Shown here piece by piece: positions 1 to 12,866 of a DNA stretch of 64,000 nucleotides. The notes beneath the pieces are model-generated. The model was given only the letters and a program-made list of their open reading frames with translations. It did not search any database and was not told where the DNA came from. How positions within the stretch are numbered: the stretch's first letter is position 1; each line of letters opens with the position of its first letter. Both the position numbers and the translations under genes were made by a program. This DNA is from the human T2T-CHM13v2.0 reference genome, Homo sapiens. The stretch lies in NCBI RefSeq assembly GCF_009914755.1, contig NC_060934.1. One strand, 5' to 3'.

Positions 1-1449
1 TCACCTAGCTACTAAGTAGTGGAGTTTGGGTTTAAACTTCATTCTGAAGTTACCTGCTTCACTCTGAAGCAGGTACAGAGACTACCAATTTAGCACATTC
101 TATCATATGTCTGGGTGCCTAGAAGACATTCTCTTGCGAACGAGTGCTAGAGGACTTACTACATCTTTGTCATTAGCATCCCATGGTAGTCACCAGATAG
201 AAGAGTGCTGGCTGAGGCAGTTCTAATTCCAGTGACTCCCCTCTAGAACAATAGAAAGCACAGTGCCTGGAGCTGTTTTCAATAGGGAGCTAAAGACTGG
301 CGTTTACCTTTAAACCAAGCAATTTGGAAATTGAAGAATCATCCTTGGCACCTGTTTGGAATCTGTTATGCCATCATGTGACCAGCAGTGACGTGCACTG
401 CAAACACAAACACTGATTTACGCTTCGCTTACTAGAGCGGATGCAAGGTCTTTCCAAGGACAGAAGAAATTTGCCTTTAAACAGATTCGGAGAGCACAGA
501 GAGAAAGCAAAGCCCTTATGGAGAAGTCCATGGATCGAGTTAGGGAACTCGGAAGAGAAAGAAAACAAAATGTGAACTCTGCCTGGAGAGGAAGATAGAC
601 CTCGCCAGGGAGGAGCCACTGCTCCTAACTGGCAGGGCACAAGGAATGGAGATGGCATTTGCAAGAGATGGAGGTCAGCTGGTGTAAGGGTGAGAAACCA
701 TTTCCTGAAGTGTCCCAGGAAGAAGCTGAATGACCAGGCAGGAGCTGGGCTCTCTCCAGAAGGGGCGTGGAGGGGAGTAATAAGCATTTCCTGAGGACTC
801 AATATTTTCCAGGTGTGTGGATTATTATCTTCATTTTACACACGAGAGAACCAAAGCAGCCAGACGTTAAATTCCTTGCCCAAGATCACAGCTGGTAAAG
901 AGCTTTGGAGCCAGGTGGACTCCAGAGCCCACACTGTATTCGTGCAGCACTGAGTGTGAACGTAGTTTCATCACTTCATGTAGTGATGACACTTCCTGCA
1001 CTGAGTATGGTTCCCCATCTCAATCCCTGTTCTCCTGTGAGCATACTTATACTCAGTTACTGGACTACTATGAGGACAGACAATTATATCTATCAAAGTA
1101 TTGGTAGTAGTGTCTAGCACATGATGGGCATTCCATTAATGACAAATATTACTGTAATTCTCAAAATAACATCTGAGATGCGAATAACTCTCTAATGCCT
1201 CATGAACTTCAAAGTTTGCTTGTTTGTATGAGGGGAAAATGAAATAAACTTGGAAAATATCTCTAGAATAATGTTTTCCTCAGAATGTTCTATGGAATAC
1301 AAATGTCCAATAGATGTTCATTAATCAGACTTCTGGGCAAGGATAATCTCTTTGGGACTAATCTCCCCTGGTGGTTTTCCCTGCGTCCAGTTCTATCTAT
1401 CAGGCTATATTCTGATGTCTCCCTTTCCTTCATCCTGTTGTTATCCATC

Positions 1450-2030
1450 TCTGTCAATTGTACCTCCTAAGTGCTCTGAAATCATTCGATCTCATGCTTC
1501 CTCCCCAGCAATGGTGAAGACCTGGAGTTCTCTCTCCCTTGGCCTATAGCAATCCCCTTACTGGGTCTCCACCGTTACTCTTACCTCCCTCCAGTTTATT
1601 CTGGTAGCCAGAGTGATTGTTTTAAAAGTGCAGATCTGACCACATCCTTGAAAGACCTCCTGCTGCTCTCCAGGAGGTCTCTGAAACTCTTAATGTGCCC
1701 ACCCTGCTCTGCAGGCCAGGTCCCTGTCCACCTGAGAGCCTCACACTGCTCTCCTTCCAGTCCCTCACATCTCAAGCCTCCTGGCACCTGGTGTGTTATT
1801 CATCCTCAGGGAGGCCTTTCCTGACCCACAAAGGAGCTCAGTTCCCATCTCATGCCTTCTGGGTGCACTATAATTGTCCCTCCCAGCACTTAACGCTGCC
1901 TGTGGTTAAATTTTTATTGTGTGATAAATTGATTAAGGTGTGTTTCCTCCATCATGACAAGGAAAACTGATGCTAAAACAGTCACATGTCCATAGCCTAA
2001 GTGTCTAAAATATATCCTACTGACTGGATA
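1450..2030. mobile_element. L2 LINE remnant
   Basis: L2-like text (cagagtgattgttttaaaagtgcagatctgaccac; cctcagggaggcctttcctgacc). Boundaries approximate. Confidence 0.55.
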
Positions 2031-3379
2031 CATGGATAAAGGAATGAAGAATGCATATTTAGGATAGTGACAGCCTGAGGAAATACCACAGCAAACGCAA
2101 AACACAACAACAAACCCTGCTTAATTGTGTTTTAATTTGGCATATCGCAGATTTATTAGAATATAGGTCTCTATTTGTGAAACATCTACCAACATTTGTG
2201 GCAGAGACAGTTATGTGGCTTCTGCAAATTGACTTCCCCTTCCTTTGGTTTCATGAACTACCACATGGAAGCCAGGAACACCTGCCTTTTACTCTGATGT
2301 GATTAGAAATAACCTGTGTTGCAGTAAGCAACTGAGAATGTATGAGTTCTCCATAACAGCTAGCATCACTTTAAGTATTGACAATATCCCATGAGCCCGA
2401 TGTTTCTCAGTCGTGGTATATGGAAAATGTTGTTTAGGCTGTAGACATGGAGAATATGGATGTGACACTGCAAGATTCAGGGATACTGGTGATGTTTTTT
2501 ATCCATTCTTCCTCTTGGAATGCATTATTTTGCAACTGAAAGGAGGATACGGGAGTGCAACAAACTGTGATATAAGCATCTGGGGTGAACAGGATGACAT
2601 CAGCAAGGATTTGGCAAGAGATGAAATGCATGTTATAAAGACTGGAGGGAAATGCCTTTGATTGAAGTCCCCCACACTATCACGAGGACTTGAAATGGAC
2701 TTTAGTGGAAAAGGGGAAGGAATAAGGAAATGATTTAATGGAAGATGATAGTGGTCAAGGTGCCCGATAAGGAAAAGGGAGAGAAAGTTTAGAATCAGAA
2801 TACAAAAACTGTAAAGTGAATCTGACATTTTTAATATAATGAGGTAAACATAATATCAACTGTATGACCAGGCCTTGGTGAGATAAAATACATAACTCAG
2901 CCATAGCAATGGAAGAGTAAGTCCTCACTGGAAAGTAACATTTAATAGCAGGCAAATGTATGTTAACAAGATGCCTATTAAGATACTTTTCCCTCCCCAG
3001 GAGAGAGCATTGAAGTGAGGATAAAACAGGCTATCTTGGTGGAAGTGGGCTATGAACAGTGGTCTCAAGTGCTGGACCAGGGGCTTGTGCAAAGCTTGCT
3101 CTTGGGGAATCCTCAAGGATTTGGTTAAGTCTGGGATGAGGACTAGGAATAAATTTTTCTAACAAGATCCCCAGATGATTCTGGAATGCAGCCAGATTTG
3201 GTAGCCAGTTATAAGGACTTTATCCTCCCACCTCAGCTTCTTTTCAGTAGAGACTGCAATCTTTTGTAAAGGAAATCTATAAACACTAATGTACCAAAAG
3301 AGATCTACAGGAGTGGCGACGGGGAGACTGTTTCAACAATCTGGACACCCATGAGATGTCTTGTTCCCCCAAAAAATGT

Positions 3380-4160
3380 AGCATTTGTTGAATTCTTTAT
3401 ATGCTCTCTTCATATAAAGGAGACAGTGAAGAGAAGTGCAACTCTGGACTAATTCTGGCTAGCAAAGAAGTGGTTGTTAATATGGAAGTCACCAAGACAA
3501 TAGGAGACAGTGATCACCTTGCCTTAACTTAGAGCCTGTGATGGCTGACCACTTAACCGGACTAAGGTTTTGGGGATTCAAACTTCAAAACAAGATATAA
3601 ACCTATGGATAAAAAAAAAAAAAAACAAATGAAAACGCAATTGAAAAAGGAAAGAACATTCTAGAAAATTGGCAAATTCTGAAAAACTAAATTCTCACTA
3701 CAAAATCAGGAATAATTTTGGGGGGTGCAAAAAAGGAGAACCCTCTAAAGAAATCAATCTAAGCAGAAATCCAAGAGGCTCCATGGAACTTTCTGACCAT
3801 TTTATGGGTACACATACGAACTAGCTAAACTTTGGGAAATGGCACAGAAAAATATTGTTGAACATTAGAAAAAATGTCTAATTTTAAGGCTGTGACTAGG
3901 GCAAATGAAAGAGGGAAACACGGATGGCATGGATGCTTTCAGAAGAGAGTGTGATGTCAATGAAGAGGAGGTAGAAACATGCCTAGTTTGATTTTGAAAC
4001 TGGAAGAAGAGACATGGAATTCCAGTTTAGAAGATAAAAGAGTCAACTCTTTTCAATGAACTTTTCCAGGCTTAAGGGAATTATATGCCACAGCACTGAA
4101 AGGTATAGTGATTACAGAGCTGATTTTGTAATCTTGGTGAATTCATGGGTGCATAGTTCA
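3380..4160 (+). mobile_element. Ancient CR1/L3 LINE ORF2 remnant (endonuclease end)
   Basis: 3432..3517 reads RSATLD/LILASKEVVVNMEVTKTIGDSDH with one frameshift, matching the LD.I...GxSDH motif of LINE endonucleases. Boundaries approximate. Confidence 0.6.
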
Positions 4161-4175
4161 TGGTTAATGTTTTCA

Positions 4176-4562
4176 ACGCAGCCATAAAAAAGAGCAAGAT
4201 CAGGTCCTTTGCAAGAATGTGAATGGAGCTGGAGGCCATTTTCCTCAGCAAACTAATGCAGGAAACAGAAAACCAAGTACTGCATGTTCTCACTTATATG
4301 TGGGAGCTAAGTGCTGAGAACACATGGACACAGGACAGGGAAACAGCAGGCACTGGGGCCTACCTGAGGGTGGAGGGTGGGAGGAGGGAGAGGATCCAAA
4401 AAAATAATGAGAACTAGGCTTAATACCTAGGTGATGAAATGATCTGTGCAACAAACACCCATGACACAAGTTTACCTACATAATAAATAAGTTCAGGGTA
4501 TGTGTACTACTATCAGGGTAGTGCACATACCCTGAACTTGAAAGTTAAATTAAAAAAAAAAA
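4176..4562 (+). mobile_element. 5'-truncated primate L1 (L1PA-type 3' UTR with A-tail)
   Basis: gcagccataaaaaag...gcatgttctcacttat...gagaacacatggacaca...poly(A). Confidence 0.9.
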
Positions 4563-5439
4563 GTTTTAGCATTCCAGCGGAATCTATGCCCCTGCTCACA
4601 AGTTCTGCTTCTGCCCAGAACATAATCTGTGAACATCACCGGCTAGAGGGCTTGGCTACACTGCCCTAATGAGTATCGTCCATAGGCAGGCTAGACCCAT
4701 GCATTTGCTGTCGAGCTCAAACACATGAGCTCCCTGTGCTGGGGATTTGTCACCAAGGGAAAGTCTGGTTGTATGCAAGCACTTGAGGTAAATGATCCTG
4801 TAGGGTCAAGGCTGGGGTGGTCATGTTGTTGAAGCTAAAATTCCGAGGTTGCTGAAACTCAGAGGAAGCCTTTGGGGAGAGGGATGGGAATGGATGGGAA
4901 CAGTCAGGGAGCAGGAGCAGAGCCTTAGGAAGTGGGAGTGGAGAATCTGCCTCACTCTCTTGGCTTCCCACCTTCTCCAGGCTTCTCAGCCTCTCCTGTG
5001 TGTGGGGAGGTGTGAGCCTTCTCAAAGTAACCAGCCTGTCACATGCGCCTGTCCTCTTCATGTGGCTCAGATTGTGTTTCGGTGCCACCACCAAGAGTGC
5101 GAGCCCAGACAAGGAGAACCAGCAGGGCTGCCAGGGGGCTGAAGGGAAAACGTTCCAGCTTCCAAGATGGGGAAAGATTCATTCTAGAATCTCGTAGATC
5201 AGTAAGATTAACAGTAATTTTTGGAAAAATTCTAAATTAGACACTAAAAATAATTTGTCAACATGAAGCAAAGAAAGAGGTGATTATAATAAATGGCACC
5301 TGCTTATCTATGGAGTCATGCAAAACATTGATTTCTCTTTGCGGCAGTGTCAATAGAATGGTAGACTTGGGGGCAGCAGGAACACTTCCCCATGATCCCT
5401 GTGAGGGTGACAGGACACTGTGAGAGTGCTCCCGGGGTA

Positions 5440-5645
5440 TGTGGTGTTATGGCTGAGAGCATCGGTGTGGAGTTACAGTGCCTGCTAGAAAGCCGGCCTT
5501 GACACTTATAATCTTTCTGAATATGAACAACCTATATCTGCCTCACTTTTCTCACCTAACGAATGGGGATAATATTTCTTATAATACAGGGTTGCTGTGA
5601 GAATTACCTGGCAAATAATACATGCTGAATAAATATTAGCTTTTA
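5440..5645. mobile_element. MIR SINE
   Basis: MIR core-like ctgcctcacttttctcacctaacgaatggggataata...cagggttgctgtgaga. Confidence 0.6.
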
Positions 5646-5719
5646 TTACCTAGTAGTTTGCATAGTGCTATTCCAAAAGCACTTAATAATAGATCAATTT
5701 TAACCAAAAGAACTTATCA

Positions 5720-6260
5720 TTTAAGAGTATTTGAAATAGATGCAATCTTGTTTGACATTTTTATCAATTATTTTTGAAGAAGTACTAGGTCAGTGGCCAA
5801 TGAGTCTGTATGCAAATGAATAATGCTCTGAAAAGCAATGAATGAAGATTTAGGGAGGTCATGATGTGTTGGGATTCTCAGACAAAATCAAATCTGATTT
5901 ATTAGGAAAAATATCTCTGTTTAGATTCTTAAAAATCATATAATCATAAATTCATAATAATTCATGTAAAAGTGATATGGAGATTATAAATCTTGATATA
6001 GGCCAATATCATGACTTAGCTACAATAAACCCCATTTAACTTCAGCATAGACCACCAGAAATATATGAACTGGATAATACGGTTCCAACCTACTTGGGCC
6101 TAGCCAGGTTTAGTTGAACTGTTGCATCCAATTCTGGGGCCACATTTAAAGAGGCACTGACATACAAGAGAACATGCAAAGGAGTGTGTCCCACACACGT
6201 GAACTAGATGAGGACCAGTTAGGGAAATGAAGGATAAGGATTGGAGAAAAGAAGCCATCA
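5720..6260 (+). mobile_element. CR1/L3 LINE 3' ORF2 remnant
   Basis: Degenerate L3-like text (ttctggggccacatttaaagaggcactgaca...ggagaaaagaag). Boundaries approximate. Confidence 0.5.
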
Positions 6261-6401
6261 CTTACTCTGGTTTGTTACAGAGAGCCTCAGAATTCAGGGA
6301 CCTAGACTTCAGTCTACACTCACTCTCCTCTTTGTACCTCTTTACACTGTCTGGTTCCTGCTCTCGCCCCACAAACACTGCTCTGACCAGAGTCACATTG
6401 A

Positions 6402-6634
<233 letters not shown>

Positions 6635-9563
6635 ACAATCACCTCTTAGTGTTCCTACTTCCTCTTCTCACTACACACATGCTCCCTGTTGACTTAACAA
6701 ATACCCTGGGCTTCCTATACATCTCCATGTTGATTTCTCCCAAATCTATCATTTCCATTTCTATATTCAATCACTCGTTTGAAATCTCCTTTTCTGCATG
6801 GAGACTCAGACTCAAAATAAAAATGGAAGACTGAAATCAAGTTGTAAAATACAGCCAGAACTCTTCAGGTTGATTCCCCATGTTTGCACGGGCAAATGGT
6901 CTCACTCCTTTAAGCAAATGGTCCCTTCTCCCACTGTATATTTTATTTCCAGATCTGAAATATTTTGTTTTGCCCAGAGGGTGAAATAATAAAGGATGCA
7001 TTTGGTTTCCAATGGGATCTTTTCAAACCCATTCCTCTCATCAAGGCGGGATAGTGTCTGACCAGCACGTAATTAAGTCTTTTTGTAGTTTCCATTTTAT
7101 TAATTCAGAATAACTAAATTCTGGCTCTAGTAACAGGCATCCAGTTGGGATTTGGGGAAGTCAGTTGAAAAAACCCAGAAGCGATTAAAATAATGGAAGC
7201 TAGATTTCTGTGTGTGTGAGTTTTCTCTCTGTAAATGGTTGTTTGTGTGTTAAAATTTCCATCATAGACCAGCTATTGCAGCTATTGCTCTGGTCTGGCC
7301 TCTTGGCTCACAGAGATGGAAAACAATCTCCTCCCTCTGGCAACAGCGCCGTTTTTTTGGAAGGCCTTTCTGAACTTCTGGTTCTCATTTTGTATTTTTG
7401 CTCTTTCACCGTCAATGTTGCACAAGAGAAATGGCATGACCATAACATGACAGACACGTCATCCATAAGGGGCTCTAATGAGCTACTCTGCAGTTGCTGG
7501 AACAAGCATTTTTTAATTTGAGTTTTTAAACACCTTTTTGTTGCCATTTCATCCTCAAATGAGTCGAAAGAAATGGAGTTCAGGTCCTGGAAATGTTTCA
7601 TCTCTTTCCTCCCCCCTCTTTCTGCCAAAGCCTCCTTTAAAGCCCAATTCAAAAGCATCCTCCTTTCTGTGGCTTTCTCCATTACGCTTTACCAAATCAC
7701 GATTATGGTGCCCAGCACACTGTTATACGTGCAACGCTCGGCAAGATCATGAGTCCTATTTTGGTTTGTGCTCCAATTTGTAGGATTGCACTGCGTGTGT
7801 AGGAGGTCGTACAAAAACGCCAGTTTGGAATTCAATCTTTCTCATTCATTAGTAGTTATCATTAGACTGATACTAAAATATGGCTGTGATATTCAATTCA
7901 ACTTGAACTTACTGAACTCCTGTAATGTCCCACCTGTATAATAAGTGCCTGGGTTACAAAGTTAGTAGGAGACAGCACAGACCTTCGAGAAGCCCACAGT
8001 CCAGTGGGAATCAGAATAGTCCTAACTGGTAAAAGGAGGTATGACCAACTGCTGTGTTCACGGTATAAACAAAGGGCTTTGAAAGCAACTTTTCTGCTTT
8101 TTCTAAAACACAAACAAGGTCTCACCATGTGAAGAAATGGATGCCTATTCTAGTAGTATCTTAATGATACCATCCTGGTATCATTAAGCTTGTGAAGACC
8201 AGTTGAACTCCAGGTCAAGGAAGGTGGACTTTAAAACCATTGCCAAGTACGTGCTTGTAAGTTTGTTTCATGTTGTGTCATATTTTCTTAGAATACTGGT
8301 AAACAAAACTTTCTAATGGGTAAACACTATGGCTAATATTTCTGTAATATTGTACTTTTGTAAATATAAGGCAAAATTTTTTCCCAAAAAATTATCTCTG
8401 AAAAACAAGGGAATCTCCTTATAGTTAGGACCTCACAGAGTCTCTCAAAGTGCAGAATGCTTTGTTGTCACTCTTTGTTTTCATAAACAAAAGTGCTATT
8501 TGGAAAATATATGTTAACCTCAACCAACCTCAACCAATGCTAGTTTTCCTATACAACTTGTAAAAACACAATTAAGAACATTTTACAAGAATAACATATT
8601 TTTTCCTGGGAATATGACCCCAGAGTTGCCAGCAATGGATGTTGAAGTCTTTGTAAGTAAGACTTCTAAAAATCACTGACCACCTTAAAAACAACTACCT
8701 TAAGTCACTAGGCTGCAGGTAGGAGGGCAGGTGGGAAAAAAAATGTCCTGTTATCAGAGCAAGTACTTATCACTTCAGAAAGGGTATCTAGTGAAAACAT
8801 TATATGTGGATTTTTTGAAGTATTATATATTAACAATATAGACAGAAATAAAGATAATGCCTTAGATGACTCAAAAAGTTATTTTACTGATGATGAAACG
8901 TAGATGCCAAAATAACCTCCCAATTTGTAGCCCTAAAAGTTACATATGCAAGTTATCAAAAAGCTTTTTAAGTTAAAATTTCTTATTGCAAAAATAACAT
9001 ATTACCTTATATTCAAGGTTGCCTAATATTTAAGCAAGATTTATTGCCTGAAATTGCATACAGACAGTTGAATAAATGTTACTAGTGGTCATGATTATAA
9101 CAATTGAAACTTCAATTTTACAAAAATAAAAATATACTGAAATGAACTTACATTTAAAAATAAAAACAACAATTAAAACCATGATACCTCATACTAGAAA
9201 AATGACATCTTAAATAAATCCAAGATACCCAAACATTTTCTGATCTCTTATACACAGAGAACAAACATAAAAACAACCAACAAAAAATAGAGGTTATTAC
9301 TCTCCTTCCATGTAAGTTAAGTAATATGAGGTCAATGAGTCCAGAAGTTACACTGAAACCTAAAAACATAGATAGTTCTCTGTATTCACAATTTAATACA
9401 TTAAATATGAAATATACCTGTTCAAATACCATGGGTGGTTGGTGTGTTATAGATGCGTGGGGCAGAGTTAGGGATTTTATTCTAAAAAGCATGATGGATT
9501 CTAACTTGACACATCTCCCTTGATCTGAAAAAGCAGTGATCAATCAAGCTTTATAATACATAC

Positions 9564-9751
9564 CTCTAAATAATCTGTGGAGCAGTTTATGTGATGTTCC
9601 AAGTCAAATGCTAAAAATGTGTAGTTCACAGTGTTGCCTGTTGTTGCCCGGATGGTCCAGTTGCAATGCTGATTTTCAGAATAAGGATTCGGATACCCTA
9701 TACTCTCTAAGATGCCATAGGTTTGATTGACTATTACCACATTCTCACATG
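9564..9751 (-). CDS. CUBN: Cubilin exon 27 (188 nt), CUB8 first half: [23 protein letters not shown]...CSTDYLE
   Basis: Overlaps ORF 9540..9740; acceptor ttccag|CA, donor GAG|gtatgt. Confidence 0.96.
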
Positions 9752-9846
9752 CTGGAAAAAGAAATGACTGTTAAGAACCACTATTATATACTTCATAAGT
9801 GCTCCAAGATGAGATTTTCCTTTAAAAAAAATAAATAAAAATCATC

Positions 9847-9928
9847 TGTGTATGTACACACACACATATATGATGTGTATATATGTGTGTGTATATATAC
9901 ACACACAGAGACACACACACATATATAT
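9847..9928. repeat. Mixed (CA)/(TA)/(TG) microsatellite
   Basis: Alternating purine-pyrimidine tract ~100 bp upstream (transcript sense) of the exon 27 acceptor. Confidence 0.9.
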
Positions 9929-11406
9929 TTGGTGCAGTATTTTCATAGTGAAAGGATTTCCATTTAGAAGAAATGTGAAATAATACTGAAGTGAATTCAA
10001 ACTAAAGAGTCATGAAAATTAAATAGTCATGTTAAAATAGGCATCAAATTCCCTTGAATTTGTGGAGAGCAGAATAACTTGGTTATATTCAGGGATCAGT
10101 CTGATTTGTTTGTTAGAGAAGCGCATTCGACGTTCTGTGCTGCTGTTTTTTTAATGTTAACACGTGGAAGGGACAGAAATTCTGACTTTTAAATTCAACA
10201 GTTTAAAAACCCAAAATCCTATGGGAATGCTAAAAACCAGTAACAACATGGCTTTGTTGAACATTCAAAAGTCTGCATGAAATTCACAATAAAGGCTCCG
10301 TTCTCCCTCTAGTTAGTCATCAGGAAGTACCAAGCGAATAGATAGAGTAGAAAGGATTTAAAGAAGAAAGGAAAATGTGAAATTACAGAAAAAAAGTCTT
10401 CAATCCAATGGTGGCATTTTCTTGAGCTGAGTTTTCAACAAAACCAAACCAGATACCTCTAAGTATGTCTAATCCTGGGTGCCCAGTTCAGCCAATCCTA
10501 ATGACTTAAACAAGGAATATATTATCTCTATGATGTGCAATAAAAGAGAACGGGAAATAAACATTATATGGAATGAGCTGTCTCTGAAAGTGTGATTCAT
10601 AGATGTATTCCTACTACGATATGCTTTCTGAAGGTGGGTAGAACACCATTTATAACTTTGGTTTAAAAAAGTGTACATTTGTGGCTCTTCAAAATATTGC
10701 TTTGTTGGAGCAGGGAGAATACTTAAACCCATTCTGTTTGAAAATCTTTAGGTCACAGTTTTGTCCATAAAGGATTTTTAAAGAATAATCTTATTGTTTT
10801 AGAAGACTGTGAGAAGGTACACCTATTAGGCAGATAGGCATCACGTGCCTCGATGACTAGGGGCAACACAGGGCCCAGGAAAATACATTCCAGTAAACCA
10901 CATGGGCCACTCTCAGCACTCAGACCTTACACTATTTGTAAATCTCCAATTTCCCATGGCAAATTTTACAGATAATCTCACTAGTTTGCTCTGATTTTGC
11001 CTCTTATGTGCACTCATTTACACTTTCAGGATTCTGAAATTATGACAGAAAAATATCTCAGAAATGAAAAGAAAAAAAAGAAACCCTTAAACAATCTGAT
11101 TATAACCAGAAATAGATTAGCACAGCAGTAATAAAATTAGATAAATGATTACATAGTCAAACAGATGTATCTCTGATAGAACTTAGGAGACCTTTTTATG
11201 TACTAGTGATACATTTCTGAAGAACAAAGCTATATATTAAAACTTAATATTCAAAACTATCTAGGATTCAGCCTAATCCCCAGATATAAATCAATGTGAA
11301 TCTTAAAATTCATACATAATCAAGGTTAAATGTTATTACTCTTTCAGTTAATTCAAGGGATATTGTGTATACAGTTAATAATTTTGTGACTTTTAATTCC
11401 ACTTTC

Positions 11407-11492
11407 AGATAATTACATAAAATTATGGATAAATTTTGATTCTGTGGGAAAAGATAATTGTGTAAAATTATGGATAAATTTTGATTCAGTAG
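11407..11492. repeat. 45-bp tandem duplication
   Basis: taaaattatggataaattttgattc occurs twice, 45 bp apart, each preceded by agataatt. Confidence 0.9.
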
Positions 11493-12259
11493 AATTATGT
11501 TTCCAAAACCTAGACTTTACTTTGATAAAGTAAAAGTCTCTATCAAATAACAAATTCAAGAAAATATTGTTTTCTTGAATGTCCATTTTGGAACTAACTT
11601 CAAAAAGCATTTAATTCTAGAGCTAGAAGGCAGGTTTAGAGACCATCTAATTTAATCTCCTTTTCTAAAAGAAGAAACCATGGGACCACAAAGAAAAGTG
11701 ACTTTCTCAAGGGTTAGGAGCCAGAACAAACCCCAGGCCCCTTGACATTTTGCTCAGTGTTCCTTTAATTCCATCATGTTGCTATCTGGGAAAAGTAGAT
11801 TTAAAATGGCATCTGTACAATGGCCAGATTTTTCTACTGTAAAGAACATGCTTATTCCATGCATGACTCACATGGACCACAGCTTTCCCTAATAAAATTA
11901 AGGTACTTTTTAAGGTAGAGACTAGTGTGATAGAATACTATGTACATTGGAATAATATAATGTACACTGCAAGATTGCAATGTGTGAGGCAAATGAAAAG
12001 CTATTAGTCATTAGTCTGGTACACTGATCTTTCACTGAATTGCAACTCTCTCAGCATATTAAATACTCTTCTAAGTTTCTATAGTTTGCCAGATGTTTTA
12101 GTTATATGAGATTAAATTTAATACGTATTTCTCCCTCAAATGGAGTTAAACGATTCACAGAAGAAACTAAGATGAAGTTCAATTGCTCACACCAATGCGT
12201 TACACTTATTTCAGTTTGTTTCAAGAATTTGAAGGCCCACTCTAGGCACTGAACAGCGA

Positions 12260-12371
12260 GTATACATACTTACTCTGCCAGTATTCACACTTACTCTGCT
12301 GGTATTCACACTTACTCTGCCAGTATACACACTTACTCTGCCGGTATTCACACTTACTCTGCCGGTATTCA
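12260..12371 (-). repeat. 21-bp minisatellite (~5.3 copies) spanning the exon 26 donor; unit TGAATACCGGCAGA|GTAAGTG
   Basis: acttac (GTAAGT on minus) at 12268, 12289, 12310, 12331 and 12352, exactly 21 bp apart. Confidence 0.97.
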
Positions 12372-12514
12372 GCCTTGAAGCCACGTCCTTGCTGACCTTC
12401 ATCTGTCCTCAGTTTTATAAACATGCTGTCTCCACTAGAACGAATAAGAGGGGGTTTCTCATCCCCACAAAGCTGAGTTAGCAGATGAGAGTTGCTACTT
12501 GGGCCATCATATAC
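12358..12514 (-). CDS. CUBN: Cubilin exon 26 (157 nt), CUB7 second half: [22 protein letters not shown]...FKAEYRQ
   Basis: Acceptor ttaaag|GTA, first donor CAGA|gtaagt. Four further in-frame donors follow (see findings). Confidence 0.94.
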
Positions 12515-12597
12515 CTTTAAGAAAATATTTTGAATGTTAGATGGTTGAGACTATAAACATTATGTAAAGGACTATAATCCAGAAGAAGTGAGGAAGA

Positions 12598-12866
12598 AAA
12601 AATATATATATTTATTATGTATATATATTATAAATAAATATATGTAATTATATATAAAATATTATAAATATTCATTATATATAATATATTTATAAAATAA
12701 ATTTATTTAATACATATATTTTTATATATGTATTCAACACATATGTTTATATTTGCATTAAATACATATATTTATATATGTATTAAATATTTATATGTAA
12801 ACATAAATATATATAAAATAAATATATCTTTATATATAATAAATATATATTTTTTGTTATATATAT
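12598..12866. repeat. AT-rich low-complexity tract in intron 25
   Basis: ~270 bp of almost pure A/T with many TATA units. Confidence 0.95.

Noticed and set aside
374-802. 142-aa minus-strand ORF, and ORFs at 4750-5240 and 7210-7783
   Set aside because: No CUB or other recognisable domain and no fitting splice phases. The expected next exon (starting LYDG...) was not found in the window.
12260-12371. CRISPR-like appearance of the regular repeats
   Set aside because: The units are contiguous with no unique spacers, there are no cas genes, and the context is a eukaryotic intron. It is a minisatellite.
12211-12402. ORF with repeated NTGRVSV peptide
   Set aside because: Alternative frame of the 21-bp repeat and exon 26; no independent gene evidence.
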